A stretch of 64,000 bases of DNA. It comes from Octopus vulgaris (Eukaryota). Shown piece after piece: positions 52,036-64,000 of the stretch. Within the stretch, counting starts at the first letter, position 1, and each line of letters starts with the position of its first letter. The position numbers were made by a program, and so were the translations under genes. The notes beneath the pieces are model-generated. The model ran no database searches and was not told the origin of the DNA. It saw only the letters and a list, made by a program, of their open reading frames with translations. The DNA is taken from contig OX597841.1 in assembly GCA_951406725.2 (NCBI GenBank), forward strand, positions 22,196,001 to 22,260,000, in the 5' to 3' direction.

Positions 52036-55000
52036 GCAATTTCAGGGGAGGGGAGGGTGCGTAAGACGATTACGGCGGACCGCAGTTGTTAACTGGTATT
52101 TATTTTATTGAACCCCAGCAAAAAGGTGAAAGGCAAACTTTATTTGGATCTTTTCGCTTTGACCGACAGATTTTTAAAATAATTTCCACGTAACTAAACA
52201 CTTTGAAACTTCGTATACTGGTAGAATGTGTTTATAAAACATCTTTTTCTCTTGGCTTTATTGAGAAAATTCTGTAGTTTGTAAGGTATTTGTTCTTTAA
52301 TTTCTTGCATTTCGGCAATTTCAACCAATCAATGACGTCTATTGAGGTGAATACAATCTGTCCGGATCTTTGTCAACAATAATTTTTTGCGCTGTCAGCA
52401 ATTAAAGCAAAGTCATCAGCATAGGGAAGCTCCCAGGTGCATACTGTTTTGCATTCCTCCGTTATTACCTGGAGGACTATGATAAATAGGAGGGGGCTGA
52501 GGACTGAACCTTGGTGGACCCCTACATCTACCCTGAATTCTTCAGCGTACTCGTTGCCAACCCTAACCTTAAGTGCAGCATCCCGTACATGGCTTGCACA
52601 GCTCTCACTAACCATTCATCTATCCCTAGTTTCCTCATTGACCACCAGATAAGTGATCAGGGGACCCTGTCAAAGGCTTTCTCCATGTCAACGAAAGCGA
52701 GGTACAGGGGCTTATCTTTGGCTAGGTATTTCTCCTGCAGCTGTCTTAGCAGAAATATAGCATCAGTGGTGCTTTCCCCTGGCACGAAACCAAATTGCAT
52801 CTCATCCAAACTGACTCTCTCCCTAATTAGTTGGGCTATGACCCTCTCCGTGACCATCATGACCTGATCCAACAGCTTGATACCTCTGTAATTATTTGTA
52901 TCTAAACCATCACCTTTACCTTTGTAGCAGTTGACTATGGTGCTGCTACACCAGTCGTTGGGTATGACTCCTTCGTGTATCACCTGGTTTACTGTATGGG
53001 TGACTAGGCTATAGCCGACACTGCCAGATATTTTGAGCATCTCTGCAGTAATTCCTGATGGGCCGGGGACTTTCCCTGTCTTCATACTTGTAATTGCCTT
53101 ATCTATCAAGGTACTGACAACTCGGATAGCTGGTCAGTACATATATATATATAAAATCTCATAACAATTCTGCTTGACGTTGTTACTTAACCCTTTCATT
53201 ACTGTATTTATTTTGAGATGCTCTGTGTTACTTTCAATTACTTTAAATATAACAAAGAATTTAGTAAAATAACTTAGTTATCATTCAGCTAGTGTTAGGA
53301 ACATAAATTGTGACTAAGGTTTGGTGGAAGATTTTAACTCAAAACTTGTGAAAACAAAACATTTGTACTTAGAGCCAGAGCCGGTTTCAGCCGGGTTGGT
53401 AATGAAAGGGCTAAATGTTAAGTAGCAATAAAATACATCACTAAGGAAAGCTGTTGTTCTGGCTGTCAACTTGTGAGGTGTTATTGTTTTCAACTAAGAA
53501 CCATAGAATTTGCTATGGGAAAATTGAAGATTTGATTTCGATTTTAGTGCTAGCTTGTTTGCAAGGAAAATTTATCCCACGTGTTTTGTTACAGCTTGTT
53601 TAATAAATCGAGAGGTATTTATTATAGGAAAATGAATGAGGTATTTCCCTTGTCTGTTAAAGGAAAATATATTGGTTATATATGTGGATCCCTTCCAGGG
53701 GCCGTAGCCATATAATTATAGATTTTTTATTAAACTTCAATGAATGTTACTTTAACATATTTGCAATGTTTCACAGAATTTCAACAGGTGTAGACAGCAA
53801 ATTGATACAAACAACTTGTATAAGATGTTATATATTACATCTCATATAAAATCCATTCTATCTGTGTGTGTGTGTGTATGGCTTCTAGGATCTCTGGCAT
53901 CTGCCTAATGTCGGGCACGAAAATACCTTTGAAAGCAATGAAGTCATAAAAGAATCATCCATAACTTGCAGTAAGCAACATTTATTAAAATAAAAGTATT
54001 CAGAACACAGAAAACATGTAACAAAAACAATTTGCAAACATATTTACATTCCTATATAACAGTTAATAACATCACCATTATTGTATTACGCATGCGCGGA
54101 AGTGTTTGTTCGACTAGGTACTGCTGGCTTAATTACACACGACTCTAGTCAGAGAAGGGGTGCGTATTATACACAAGGTTTAGGTTTTTCAGAGGTACAG
54201 CTCCCTAAAAATCCCCTGCATATTATACTCAAGGATTTACGGTACTCCTTTCAGTCGAATACTTCTTTGCAGACTATGTTGTTTGTGTAAGTTCTCCCTC
54301 TTCTTTCCCTGTTCTTGTCAGTCTTGTTAAATTTAACCCTCACATCAGATCATTTGCGAGACCTTCAGAATGCAACATACAGCTGACCATGGTTGAATAC
54401 AGGTTCAGGCAAGAATGGCCCCACTTTATGAAATGTCTGCCCTTGTAAGCTTTATTGATAGTCATTGCATGACAGGTGAACAGGAGTCTGGTTTCTTTCT
54501 AAAGAGAATGGCAAGTTTGGGATGCGCATGTGTCAAGTGATAGGTAATACAAAAAACTTAGTTCAATTAAAAACAAAAGCAGTTTTCTTTTCACTATGCA
54601 CTCACCATTGTCACCACCACCACCACCACCCTCTCTCTTTCTGTCTTTTTTTAATCTCACCATCAGAACATCACCCCTCTACTGAAATTATATTCCTAAC
54701 ACTTTTCTGTATCACTTTGAACTGACTTTTTAATCATGTAATACATATTATGTACTCCCCTGTCACACTTCATGCTTCTCACTCACTCTTTTTCTCTCTC
54801 TCCCCTTACTCTGATCATGTGAATGTGTTACCCATTCGTTACCAACCCGGCTGAAACTGGCTCTGGCTCTAAGTACAAATGTCTTGTTTTCATAAGTTTT
54901 GAGTTAAAATCTTCCACCAAACCTTAGTCACAATTTATGTTCGTAACACTAGCTGAATGATAACTAAGTTATTTTACTAAATCTTTCAACATCAATGGAA

Positions 55001-55315
55001 ATTGTAGCTGAGATACCAGTGCCGGTGGCACGTAAGAGAACCGTCCGAACGTGGCCGTTGCCAGCGCCGCCCCGACTGGCCTCCGTGCCAGTGACATGGC
55101 CAGTTGCCAGCCTCGTCTGGCACCTGTGCAGGTGGCACGTAAAAAGCACCCACTACACTCTCAGAGTGGTTGGCGTTAGGAAGGGTAACCAGCTATAGAA
55201 ACACTGCCAGATCAGACTGGGCCTGGCGCAGCCTCCTGGCTTCCCAGACCCCAGTTGAACTGCCCAACCCATGCTAGCATGGAACAACAGACGTTAAACG
55301 ATGATGATGATGATG

Positions 55316-55975
55316 ACTTCAGTCAAAATAGTGAACTTTATTAAGTCAAAGACTTTGCAATCGCGCCTATTTGAGAAGTTGTGCAAAGAGATGAGAAGCG
55401 ATCATAAATCACTTCTTTTGCACACAGAAATACGATGGCTCCCTAGAGGGCAAGTGTTAACAAGACTTGCAGAACTCCACGAAGAAGTAGCTATATTTTT
55501 AGAAGATAATAGTGATTTTGCGAAATATTTGCGTGACGAAGAATTTGTTCTGAGGCTTACGTATTTAGCAGATATTTTTTCGAAATTAAACGACCTGAAT
55601 TTGTATTTACAAGGAACAGAAGGTATCAGTATATTTGCAATTCATGAGAAAATTCGAGGTTTTATGAAAAAACTTGTCTTGTGGAAAAATTGTATTAACA
55701 AGCGAAATTATGACCGTTTTGAAACATTTGAAATTTTTGTAATGGAGAATAAAGCAAAAGTTGATGATGGTATAATCATTGAGATATCTGAACACTTGAA
55801 TAAGTTAAATGAAAGTTTTGAATTTTATTTTCATAAAGTGATGAATACTATACAACAGAAAAGATGGATTATGAACCCCTTTCAGCCTGACGTGACGACT
55901 GGAATATCAACAAAAGCCGGTGAGGAACTTATTGATTTATCCGAAGACTCTTCCTTGAAAATGACTTTTAACACA
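55316..55975 (+). mobile_element. hAT transposase fragment (Buster/ZBED8/SCAND3-like); shorter duplicate at 48300-48765
   Basis: VKIVNFIK...SRLFEKLCKEM...LLLHTEIRWL.RG.VL.R...YLADIF.KLN.LN..LQG...WIMNPF motif series. Confidence 0.88.
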
Positions 55976-56249
55976 GGAATATGGTGTCTCTCCTGAATGA
56001 AAATGTTTGTGAGAAGTTAAGCACTACTTTGAGAGAAAGATTTAATAATAATAATAATAATTGTGTACAGTGCTCAGGTGCACTACAACTCATCTAAAGT
56101 GTATGTATAATCAGGTGTAGTTTCGGCGGATTTCGGAAAGCATTAAAGGATGCAGTGTCATGGCAGTCAACAACTGACGCAGGCAGTTTATTCCATGCTT
56201 CAGCAACTCTGAGCGTGAAAAAATGTTTCCGAAAGTCATGATATGGTTT

Positions 56250-58247
56250 CTATCCTATATGAACAAGTATGTGAGAATTTAAAACACTTCGGTCAGAGAA
56301 TGAGGTACCACAGACATCACAGGGATAAGGCTTCTCTCCTGTATGAATACGTATGTGCGTAGTCAAGTTACCTTTTCGAGAGAATGATTTACCACAAGTG
56401 TCACAGTGAAATAGCTTCTCCCCTGTATGAACACTTATGTGAGAGTTTAAAGCAGTCTGGTCAGAGAATGATGTACCACAGACATCACAACGATAAGGCT
56501 TCTCCCCTGTATGAATACGTTTGTGTCTAGTCAAGTTATTACTTTGAGGGAAAGATTTACCACAGATGTCACAGTGAAATGGTTTCTCCCCTGTATGAAC
56601 ACGTATGTGTGAATTAAAAGCACTTCGGCCAAGGAATGATGCAAAACAGACATCACAGTGATATGGCTTCTCTCCAGTATGAATACGTTGGTGTGTAGTC
56701 AAGCTACCTTTTCTAGGGAATGATTTACCGCAGATGTCACAGTGAAATAGCTTCTCCCCTGTATGAACAAGTATGTGAGAGTTTAAAGCACTCTGGTCAG
56801 AGAATGATGTACCACAGACATCACAACGATAAGGCTTCTCCCCTGTATGAATACGTTTGTGTCTAGTCAAGTTATTATTTTGAGGGAAAGATTTACCACA
56901 GATGTCGCAGTGAAATGGCTTCTCCCCTGTATGAACAAGTATGTGAGAGTTTAAAGCACTCTGGTAAGAGAATGATGTACCACAGACATCACAACGATAA
57001 GGCTTCTCCCCTGTATGAATACGTTTGTGTCTAGTCAAGTTATTACTTTGAGGGAAAGATTTACCACAGATGTCACAGTGAAATGGTTTCTCCCCTGTAT
57101 GAACACGTATGTGTAAATTAAAAGCACTTCGGCCATGGAATGATGCAAAACAGACATCACAGTGATATGGCTTCTCTCCAGTATGAATACGTTGGTGTGT
57201 AGTCAAGCTACCTTTTCTAGGGAATGATTTACCGCAGATGTCACAGTGAAATAGCTTCTCCCCTGTATGAACAAGTATGTGAGAGTTTAAAGCACTCTGG
57301 TCAGAGAATGATGTACCACAGACATCACAACGATAAGGCTTCTCCCCTGTATGAATACGTTTGTGTCTAGTCAAGTTATTATTTTGAGGGAAAGATTTAC
57401 CACAGATGTCGCAGTGAAATGGCTTCTCCCCTGTATGAACAAGTATGTGAGAGTTTAAAGTACTCTGGTCAGAGAATGATGTACCACAGACATCACAACG
57501 ATAAGGCTTCTCCCCTGTATGAATACGTTTGTGTCTAGTCAAGTTATTACTTTGAGGGAAAGATTTACCACAGATGTCACAGTGAAATAGCTTCTCCCCT
57601 GTATGAACAAGTATGTGAGAGTTTAAAGCACTCTGGTCAGAGAATGATGTACCACAGACATCACAACGATAAGGCTTCTCCCCTGTATGAATACGTTTGT
57701 GTCTAGTCAAGTTATTATTTTGAGGGAAAGATTTACCACAGATGTCACAGTGAAATAGCTTCTCCCCTGTATGAACAAGTATGTGAGAGTTTAAAGCACT
57801 CTGGTCAGAGAATGATGTACCACAGACCTCACAACGATAAGGCTTCTCCCCTGTATGAATACGTTTGTGTCTAGTCAAGTTATTACTTTGAGGGAAAGAT
57901 TTACCACAGATGTCGCAGTGAAATGGCTTCTCCCCTGTATGAATACGTTTGTGTCTAGTCAAGTTATTATTTTGAGGGAAAGATTTACCACAGATGTCGC
58001 AGTGAAATGGCTTCTCCCCTGTATGAATACGTTGGTGTGTAGTCAAGTTAATTTTTTTAGAGAATGATTTACCACAGGTGTCACAGTGAAATGGCTTCTC
58101 CCCTGTATGAACACGTTTGTGCATATTTAAGCGACCCTTTTTTGAGAAAGACTTTTTACAGACATCACAGTCATGTGACAATTTTTGTTTCCCCTCTTCT
58201 CTATCTTCAGGAAAAATCAGTTCCTTTAGATTCTCACTCTTTTCCAT
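56250..58247 (-). CDS. Poly-C2H2 zinc-finger protein, 665 aa, 23 fingers, with internal block duplications
   Basis: Leader plus array; alternating QxNNLTR / DQSALNS fingers. Confidence 0.93.
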   Translation of the reverse strand: MEKSENLKELIFPEDREEGKQKLSHDCDVCKKSFSKKGRLNMHKRVHTGEKPFHCDTCGKSFSKKINLTTHQRIHTGEKPFHCDICGKSFPQNNNLTRHKRIHTGEKPFHCDICGKSFPQSNNLTRHKRIHTGEKPYRCEVCGTSFSDQSALNSHILVHTGEKLFHCDICGKSFPQNNNLTRHKRIHTGEKPYRCDVCGTSFSDQSALNSHILVHTGEKLFHCDICGKSFPQSNNLTRHKRIHTGEKPYRCDVCGTSFSDQSTLNSHILVHTGEKPFHCDICGKSFPQNNNLTRHKRIHTGEKPYRCDVCGTSFSDQSALNSHILVHTGEKLFHCDICGKSFPRKGSLTTHQRIHTGEKPYHCDVCFASFHGRSAFNLHIRVHTGEKPFHCDICGKSFPQSNNLTRHKRIHTGEKPYRCDVCGTSFSYQSALNSHILVHTGEKPFHCDICGKSFPQNNNLTRHKRIHTGEKPYRCDVCGTSFSDQSALNSHILVHTGEKLFHCDICGKSFPRKGSLTTHQRIHTGEKPYHCDVCFASFLGRSAFNSHIRVHTGEKPFHCDICGKSFPQSNNLTRHKRIHTGEKPYRCDVCGTSFSDQTALNSHISVHTGEKLFHCDTCGKSFSRKGNLTTHIRIHTGEKPYPCDVCGTSFSDRSVLNSHILVHIG

Positions 58248-59051
58248 TATTTTTCTTCAAAAATCACAGTATATAATCTTTTTTCACCTTTTTGATTCTA
58301 TAGTCTTTTGTTTACAAATATTTCAACTGCTGTATTTCTGTCCATTGTTAATTTTGTCCCAAAACATTTTACTAAAATAATCCAAGTTTAATTCTTACAC
58401 AGACTTATCTTGTGGACACTCCAGCCAGTGATATCCAGAAGGTTTGCTAATAACACAATTCAGAGTAAATATATCAGAGGAATTCCACCACAGATTTATA
58501 GAAACAATCTTATATATCTGTTCTGTACAATATTTCCATTTTGGTCTTTAAAAGATGATAAATAATGAGAATGTATCTTCAGTTATGCCAATGTCATCTG
58601 ATATTCTGAAAGAATAAAGAAACAACAGTGTAAGATATGGAGGCTACTTAAAAAAATACAGATTCAACATTTCCATAAAGATAAACTCTAGAAACAAACA
58701 TTTAACTGAACAACAGAACTTTCTAATTTATTAGAATTTACATGAGAAAATCTTGTGTGAAGCTAACATATTTGTAAACTCCAGCTACACATTCACACAC
58801 GTTTATATATATATATACTCTTCCTTGTGTTAGTTGTTTTGACTGTGGCTATACTGGAGCATCACCTTAGAGGGTGTTAGTTGATCAAATCAACCCTAGG
58901 ACTTCATTTTTTAGCCTAGTACATATATTGGCCTCTTTTGTGAAACCACTAAATTATGGGGACACAAACATACGAACACTGGTTATGAAGTGTTGGTGGG
59001 GCGTCAAACAGTCACAAAGATATATATGCATATATACATAAATACTCATTA

Positions 59052-59082
<31 letters not shown>

Positions 59083-59194
59083 TTGGGCTTCTTTCAGTTT
59101 CCATCTACCAAATCCAATGACAAGGATTTAGTCGGCTAATGTCTATTGTATAAAATACTTGCCTAAGTAGGTTCGCAGTGGGACTGAACCTGGA

Positions 59195-59225
<31 letters not shown>

Positions 59226-61434
59226 GCTTACACGTTAATATATACGTACGTGTATGTATATACATGTGTGTGTATGTGAAGGTTTTGGGGTTAGTGGTGT
59301 GAGCAATCAGCTCCTAATAAGGTCATAATTTCAATTCCCAGCAGTGTGCTGTGTTGTTGAGCAAGACATGTTGCTCCAGGTTCACTCAGCTGACAAAAGT
59401 GAATTGTACCAGTAATTTGAAGGGCCAGCCTTATCACATTAGTAAGGTGGATCAGAATTGGGTAGAAAGTTGAGGGAAAATTTGCTGAAAATAAAAAGGA
59501 GGTGGCACCCGACTGTGTTATGGACAGCAACTGGAAGAAGTAGGATGGCCAATTTCTAGTGGTAAATATAAAGTGAAGGAGAAAATACAAAAATAAAAAA
59601 AGGGGTTACTCATTTTGCCCCACTTACTAATTTTGGTTCCCTTTCTCTATATCAAGAAACAAACATAGGATGCAGAAAGTGATGTAGATGTTCTTCGGTT
59701 TCTATTTGGCTGTCTTCATATTTATTATGGTTGAATGAGATATTCCCACAAAGATATTATATTTAAATTGACCTAATATGTTGGGATTGACATGTGCCCT
59801 TCATTTAACCATCTTACAAACAATAACTCTGAGCACCTTTTCGAACTCCACCCGTCTAACACCCGTGGACATATTTACAAAGTCAGAAAACAGCACAGCT
59901 CCCATGACTTCAGGAAACATTTTTTCATGCTGAGAGATGCTCAAACATGGAACAAACTGCCGGCATCAGTTGTTTGTTGTCGGAGCATTGCATCCTTCAA
60001 AACTTCCTGAGATTCGCCAACGCTACACCTGATTTTCTCCCCTCCATATACACGCAAGCATGTATCTGACTCATACATTGTTCGCTTCCCAGACATTTGT
60101 ACATCACTGCATACACTTCATTACACACTTTTGACAAGTTGTGGTGCACCTGAGCACTGTATACAATAATTTCATTATTATAACTTAAACCTGATTTCTT
60201 TTACAATTTGCTGTCGATAAAATGACAAGAGCGGTCAAATACCTTTCCTGGAGACGTATTAAAGTGTCAATTCCAAAGATATTTTCATTTGGTTCTCGTT
60301 CATTTTACCAAATTCAATTCCATATAAATACTTGAGAGTAATTTCCCTTCGTCAATAAAGATCCAGGTGATTAAACGGGAAGGCGGCCCTAAATTCCGGT
60401 CTGAAAGCTATGTCCCACAGAGATGACAAGAATTAAAGCACCTCTCTGTTTCGTTTAGACAAATCTGAAGCTAGTACAAGATTTAAGACGGCATTCCTTC
60501 GACATAATTCGACAAAAGTCAAACCATTTCACTTTGGGTATTTTCCGTGGAAGCAAATGACAATTCGATTCTGTTTGGAAATTTTCGGATTTTACATACA
60601 CACATGAAACGGGTGTAGAACGAATATGCAAGGCTTTCTTTCTTCGAGGTTATACCCTTATGACTTCTGGTCATTATGGAGGAAAGCAACGTCGGGTATC
60701 TTTAATTCTACAACAAGAACTGTATGTGGGAATGAGTAGCTTCCAGAAAGCACGCGATCCACTAAGTAAAAATCGGAAAAAAAACCCAGGATTTTACAAC
60801 ATTCAGAGTTCTGAAATGTCCTTTAGAATAATTCTGGCTAAAACCTACAATGATATCAGTTGAAATCTTTCTAAGCAATGCCAATAGTGGAAAAAAAAAA
60901 AGGCGAAATTACTCATTTTGCCCCGCTTATTAATTTCGTCCCATTCCCCACACCAAGAACCAAACATTCGATGAATTATAAAAAAGCATTCTTTATAACA
61001 TCCCACGGAAGTTTCCAGAAGAGTTCTGAAATGTCGTTTAGAATAATTCTGGCTAAAACCTACAATGATTTCAGTTGAAATCTATCTAACTAATATCAAC
61101 AGTGTAAAAGTGAGGCGAAATTACTCATTTTGCCCCGCTTACTAATGTCGTCCCCTCTCTCTTTATCAAGAAACAAACATTCAATATATTATAATAAAGC
61201 ATTGGTTTTTCAACATTTCTGTGGTTGGAGTTTATTCGGGAATACTTCCCAAACTAAAACACAACAAACGAACGTAGAAACGATGGCACGTGTAGGAAGA
61301 AATGAGGAATTACTCATTTTGCCCCACCTACCTATTTTGTCCCCTTCCCATTGGTTTCTCAGCATTTCTGTGGTTGGAGTTTATTTTAAGAATATTTCTC
61401 CAACTAAAACACACAACAAACAAACTTAAAGAAG

Positions 61435-61765
61435 AAACGATGGAGCGTGTAGGAGGTTGCCGCCATAGCTAGAAATAGCAGCCAAATGTGGAACAAAATC
61501 TGATTCACAAAGTATCGAAAGGTTAAATGTTTTCGTTGTTTAATACTTACGCAAATGTCTTTATAAAGGATGGTGTTGTTGTTGTTATGAGTGCATCAGG
61601 TGGGAGAGAAATGTATTACAAATGTGTTTCGGAGTGAATTGAGAGAAATTCTGGCGCCAAACAAAGCTTGTCAAGATGTAATAAATAGAAGCGGAAATAG
61701 GTTTAGTGCGCATGCGTATGTAATAGTTGTGCGTGATATTCACATTTTGGCACAAGGCCAGCAAT
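61435..61765 (-). promoter_or_regulatory. Promoter/exon 1 module of the 56250 gene
   Basis: TGCGCATGCG 61707-61716; donor 61545-61550. Confidence 0.62.
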
Positions 61766-63143
61766 TTCAGGGGAGGGGAGGGTGCGTAAGTCGATTACGG
61801 CGGACCTCAGTTGTTAACTGGTATTTATTTTATTGAACCCCAGCAAAAAGGTGAAAGGCAAACTTTATTTGGATCTTTTCGCTTTGACCGACAGATTTTT
61901 AAAATAATTTCCACGTAACTAAACACTTTGAAACTTCGTATACTGGTAGAATGTGTTTATAAAACATCTTTTCCTCTTGGCTTTCTTGAGAAAATTCTGT
62001 AGTTTGTAAGCTATTTGTTCTTTAATTTCTTGCAATTTCAACCAATCAATGACGTCTATTCAGGTGAATACAATTTCTGCCGTAGTTTGTCAAAAACTTC
62101 CTGCACAGATACACACATTACATATTATATATTCGTTTAAGAATCAGAATGGGAATCTTTTCGGTTTGAACGGCAGTTTTTTTAAATAATTTCCACGTAA
62201 CTAAACACTTTTAAACTTCGTATTCTGGTAGAATGTGTTTATAAAATATCTTTTCTCGTGGCTTTCTTGAGAAAATTCTGTAGTTTGTAAGCTATTTGTT
62301 CTTTAATTTCTTGCATTTCGGCAATTTCAACCAATCAATGACGTCTATTGAGGTGAATACAATCTGTCCGGATCTTTGTCAACAATAATTTTTTGCGCTG
62401 TCAGCAATTAAAGCAAAGTCATTGGCATAGGGAAGTTCCCAGGGTCATACTGTCTTGAATTCCTCCGTTATTACCTGGAGGACTATGATAAATAGGAGGG
62501 GGCTGAGGACTGAACCTTGGTGGACCCCTACATCTACCCTGAATTCTTCAGCGTACTCGTTGCCAACCCGAACCTTAAGTGCAGCATCCCTGTACATGGC
62601 TTGCACGGCTCTCACTAACCATTCATCTATCCCTAGTTTCCTCATTGACCACCAGATAAGTGATCAGGGGACCCTGTCAAAGGCTTTCTCCATGTCAACG
62701 AAAGCGAGGTACAGGGGCTTATCTTTGGCTAGGTATTTCTCCTGCAGCTGTCTTACCAGAAATATAGCATCAGTGGTGCTTTTCCCTGGCACGAAACCAA
62801 ATTGCATCTCATCCAAACTGACTCTCTCCCTAATTAGTTGGGCTATGACCCTCTCCGTGACCATCATGACCTGATCCAACAGCTTGATACCTCTGTAATT
62901 ATTTGTATCTAAACCATCACCTTTACCTTTGTAGCAGTTGACTATGGTGCTGCTACACCAGTCGTTGGGTATGACTCCTTCGTGTATCACCTGGTTTACT
63001 GTATGGGTGACTAGGCTATAGCCGACACTGCCAGATATTTTGAGCATCTCTGCAGTAATTCCTGATGGGCCGGGGACTTTCCCTGTCTTCATACTTGTAA
63101 TTGCCTTATCTATCGAGGTGCTGACAACTCAGATAGCTGGTCA

Positions 63144-63190
<47 letters not shown>

Positions 63191-64000
63191 CTCATAACAA
63201 TTCTGCTTGTCGTTGTTACTTAACCCTTTCATTACTGTATTTATTTTGAGATGCTCTGTGTTACTTTCAATTACTTTAAATATAACAAAGAATTTAGTAA
63301 AATAACTTAGTTATCATTCAGGTAGTGTTAGGAACATAAATTGTGACTAAGGTTTGGTGGAAGATTTTAACTCAAAACTTGTGAAAACAAAACATTTGTA
63401 CTTAGAGCCAGAGCCGGTTTCAGCCGGGTTGGTAATGAAAGGGCTAAATGTTAAGTAGCAATAAAATACATCACTAAGGAAAGCTGTTGTTCTGGCTGTC
63501 AACTTGTGAGGTGTTATTGTTTTCAACTAAGAACCATAGCTATGGGAAAATTTGCTATGGGAAAATTGAAGATTTGATTTCGATTTTAGTGCTAGCTTGT
63601 TTGCAAGGAAAATTTATCCCACGTGTTTTGTTACAGCTTGTTTAATAAATCGAGAGGTATTTATTATAGGAAAATGAATGAGGTATTTCCCTTGTCTGTT
63701 AAAGGAAAATATATTGGTTATATATGTGGATCCCTTCCAGGGGCCGTAGCCATATAATTATAGATTTTTTATTAAACTTCAATGAATGTTACTTTAACAT
63801 ATTTGCAATGTTTCACAGAATTTCAACAGGTGTAGACAGCAAATTGATACAAACAACTTGTATAAGATGTTATATATTACATCTCATATAAAATCCATTC
63901 TATCTGTGTGTGTGTGTGTATGGCTTCTAGGATCTCTGGCATCTGCCTAATGTCGGGCACGAAAATACCTTTGAAAGCAATGAAGTCATAAAAGAATCAT

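Larger units (their letters stand above)
43914..64000. repeat. Recent segmental triplication of gene-sized units (upstream segments begin at 43914, 50345, 58248)
   Basis: Same order and near-identical sequence of intron, promoter, MITE arm, RTE fragment and piggyBac-like MITE in all three. Confidence 0.92.

Noticed and set aside
55301-55996. 231-aa ORF starting MMMMM as a domesticated ZBED-like gene
   Set aside because: The Met run is the (GAT)n tail of a retroposon; the transposase is truncated at both ends and runs into antisense finger DNA

Overview
AT-rich eukaryotic DNA, not prokaryotic. The SINE/LINE content and the KRAB-less poly-C2H2 genes point to an Octopus-type cephalopod, though the species is inferred, not confirmed. 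The window is a tandem cluster of C2H2 zinc-finger genes: seven long ORFs with 14-25 fingers (six on -, one on +) plus broken finger arrays at 1240-3385 and 39540-40300. The genes share one inferred layout: a promoter with NRF1/ETS/YY1-like motifs, a short non-coding exon 1, an intron with a repeated motif, and one large exon holding a nearly invariant ~360-nt leader, a ~25-aa acidic N-terminal peptide and the whole finger array; several genes end at the same ancestral TTAA-MITE insertions. The right third is a recent ~6.5-8 kb segmental triplication with one MITE-bounded inversion. Intergenic DNA is dense in transposons: a full-length dead mariner, Merlin, hAT, piggyBac-like, Helitron, Penelope, RTE and CR1-like fragments, and several SINE families. 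The most interesting leads are an editable-context TAG separating one gene from further in-frame fingers, the conserved leader with uORFs, a gene lacking its own promoter/exon 1, tandem H-type pseudoknot motifs in an RTE-type 3' end, a Penelope-like ORF ending in a C2H2 finger, and several foldbacks. All coordinates were read by eye; repeat boundaries are approximate.
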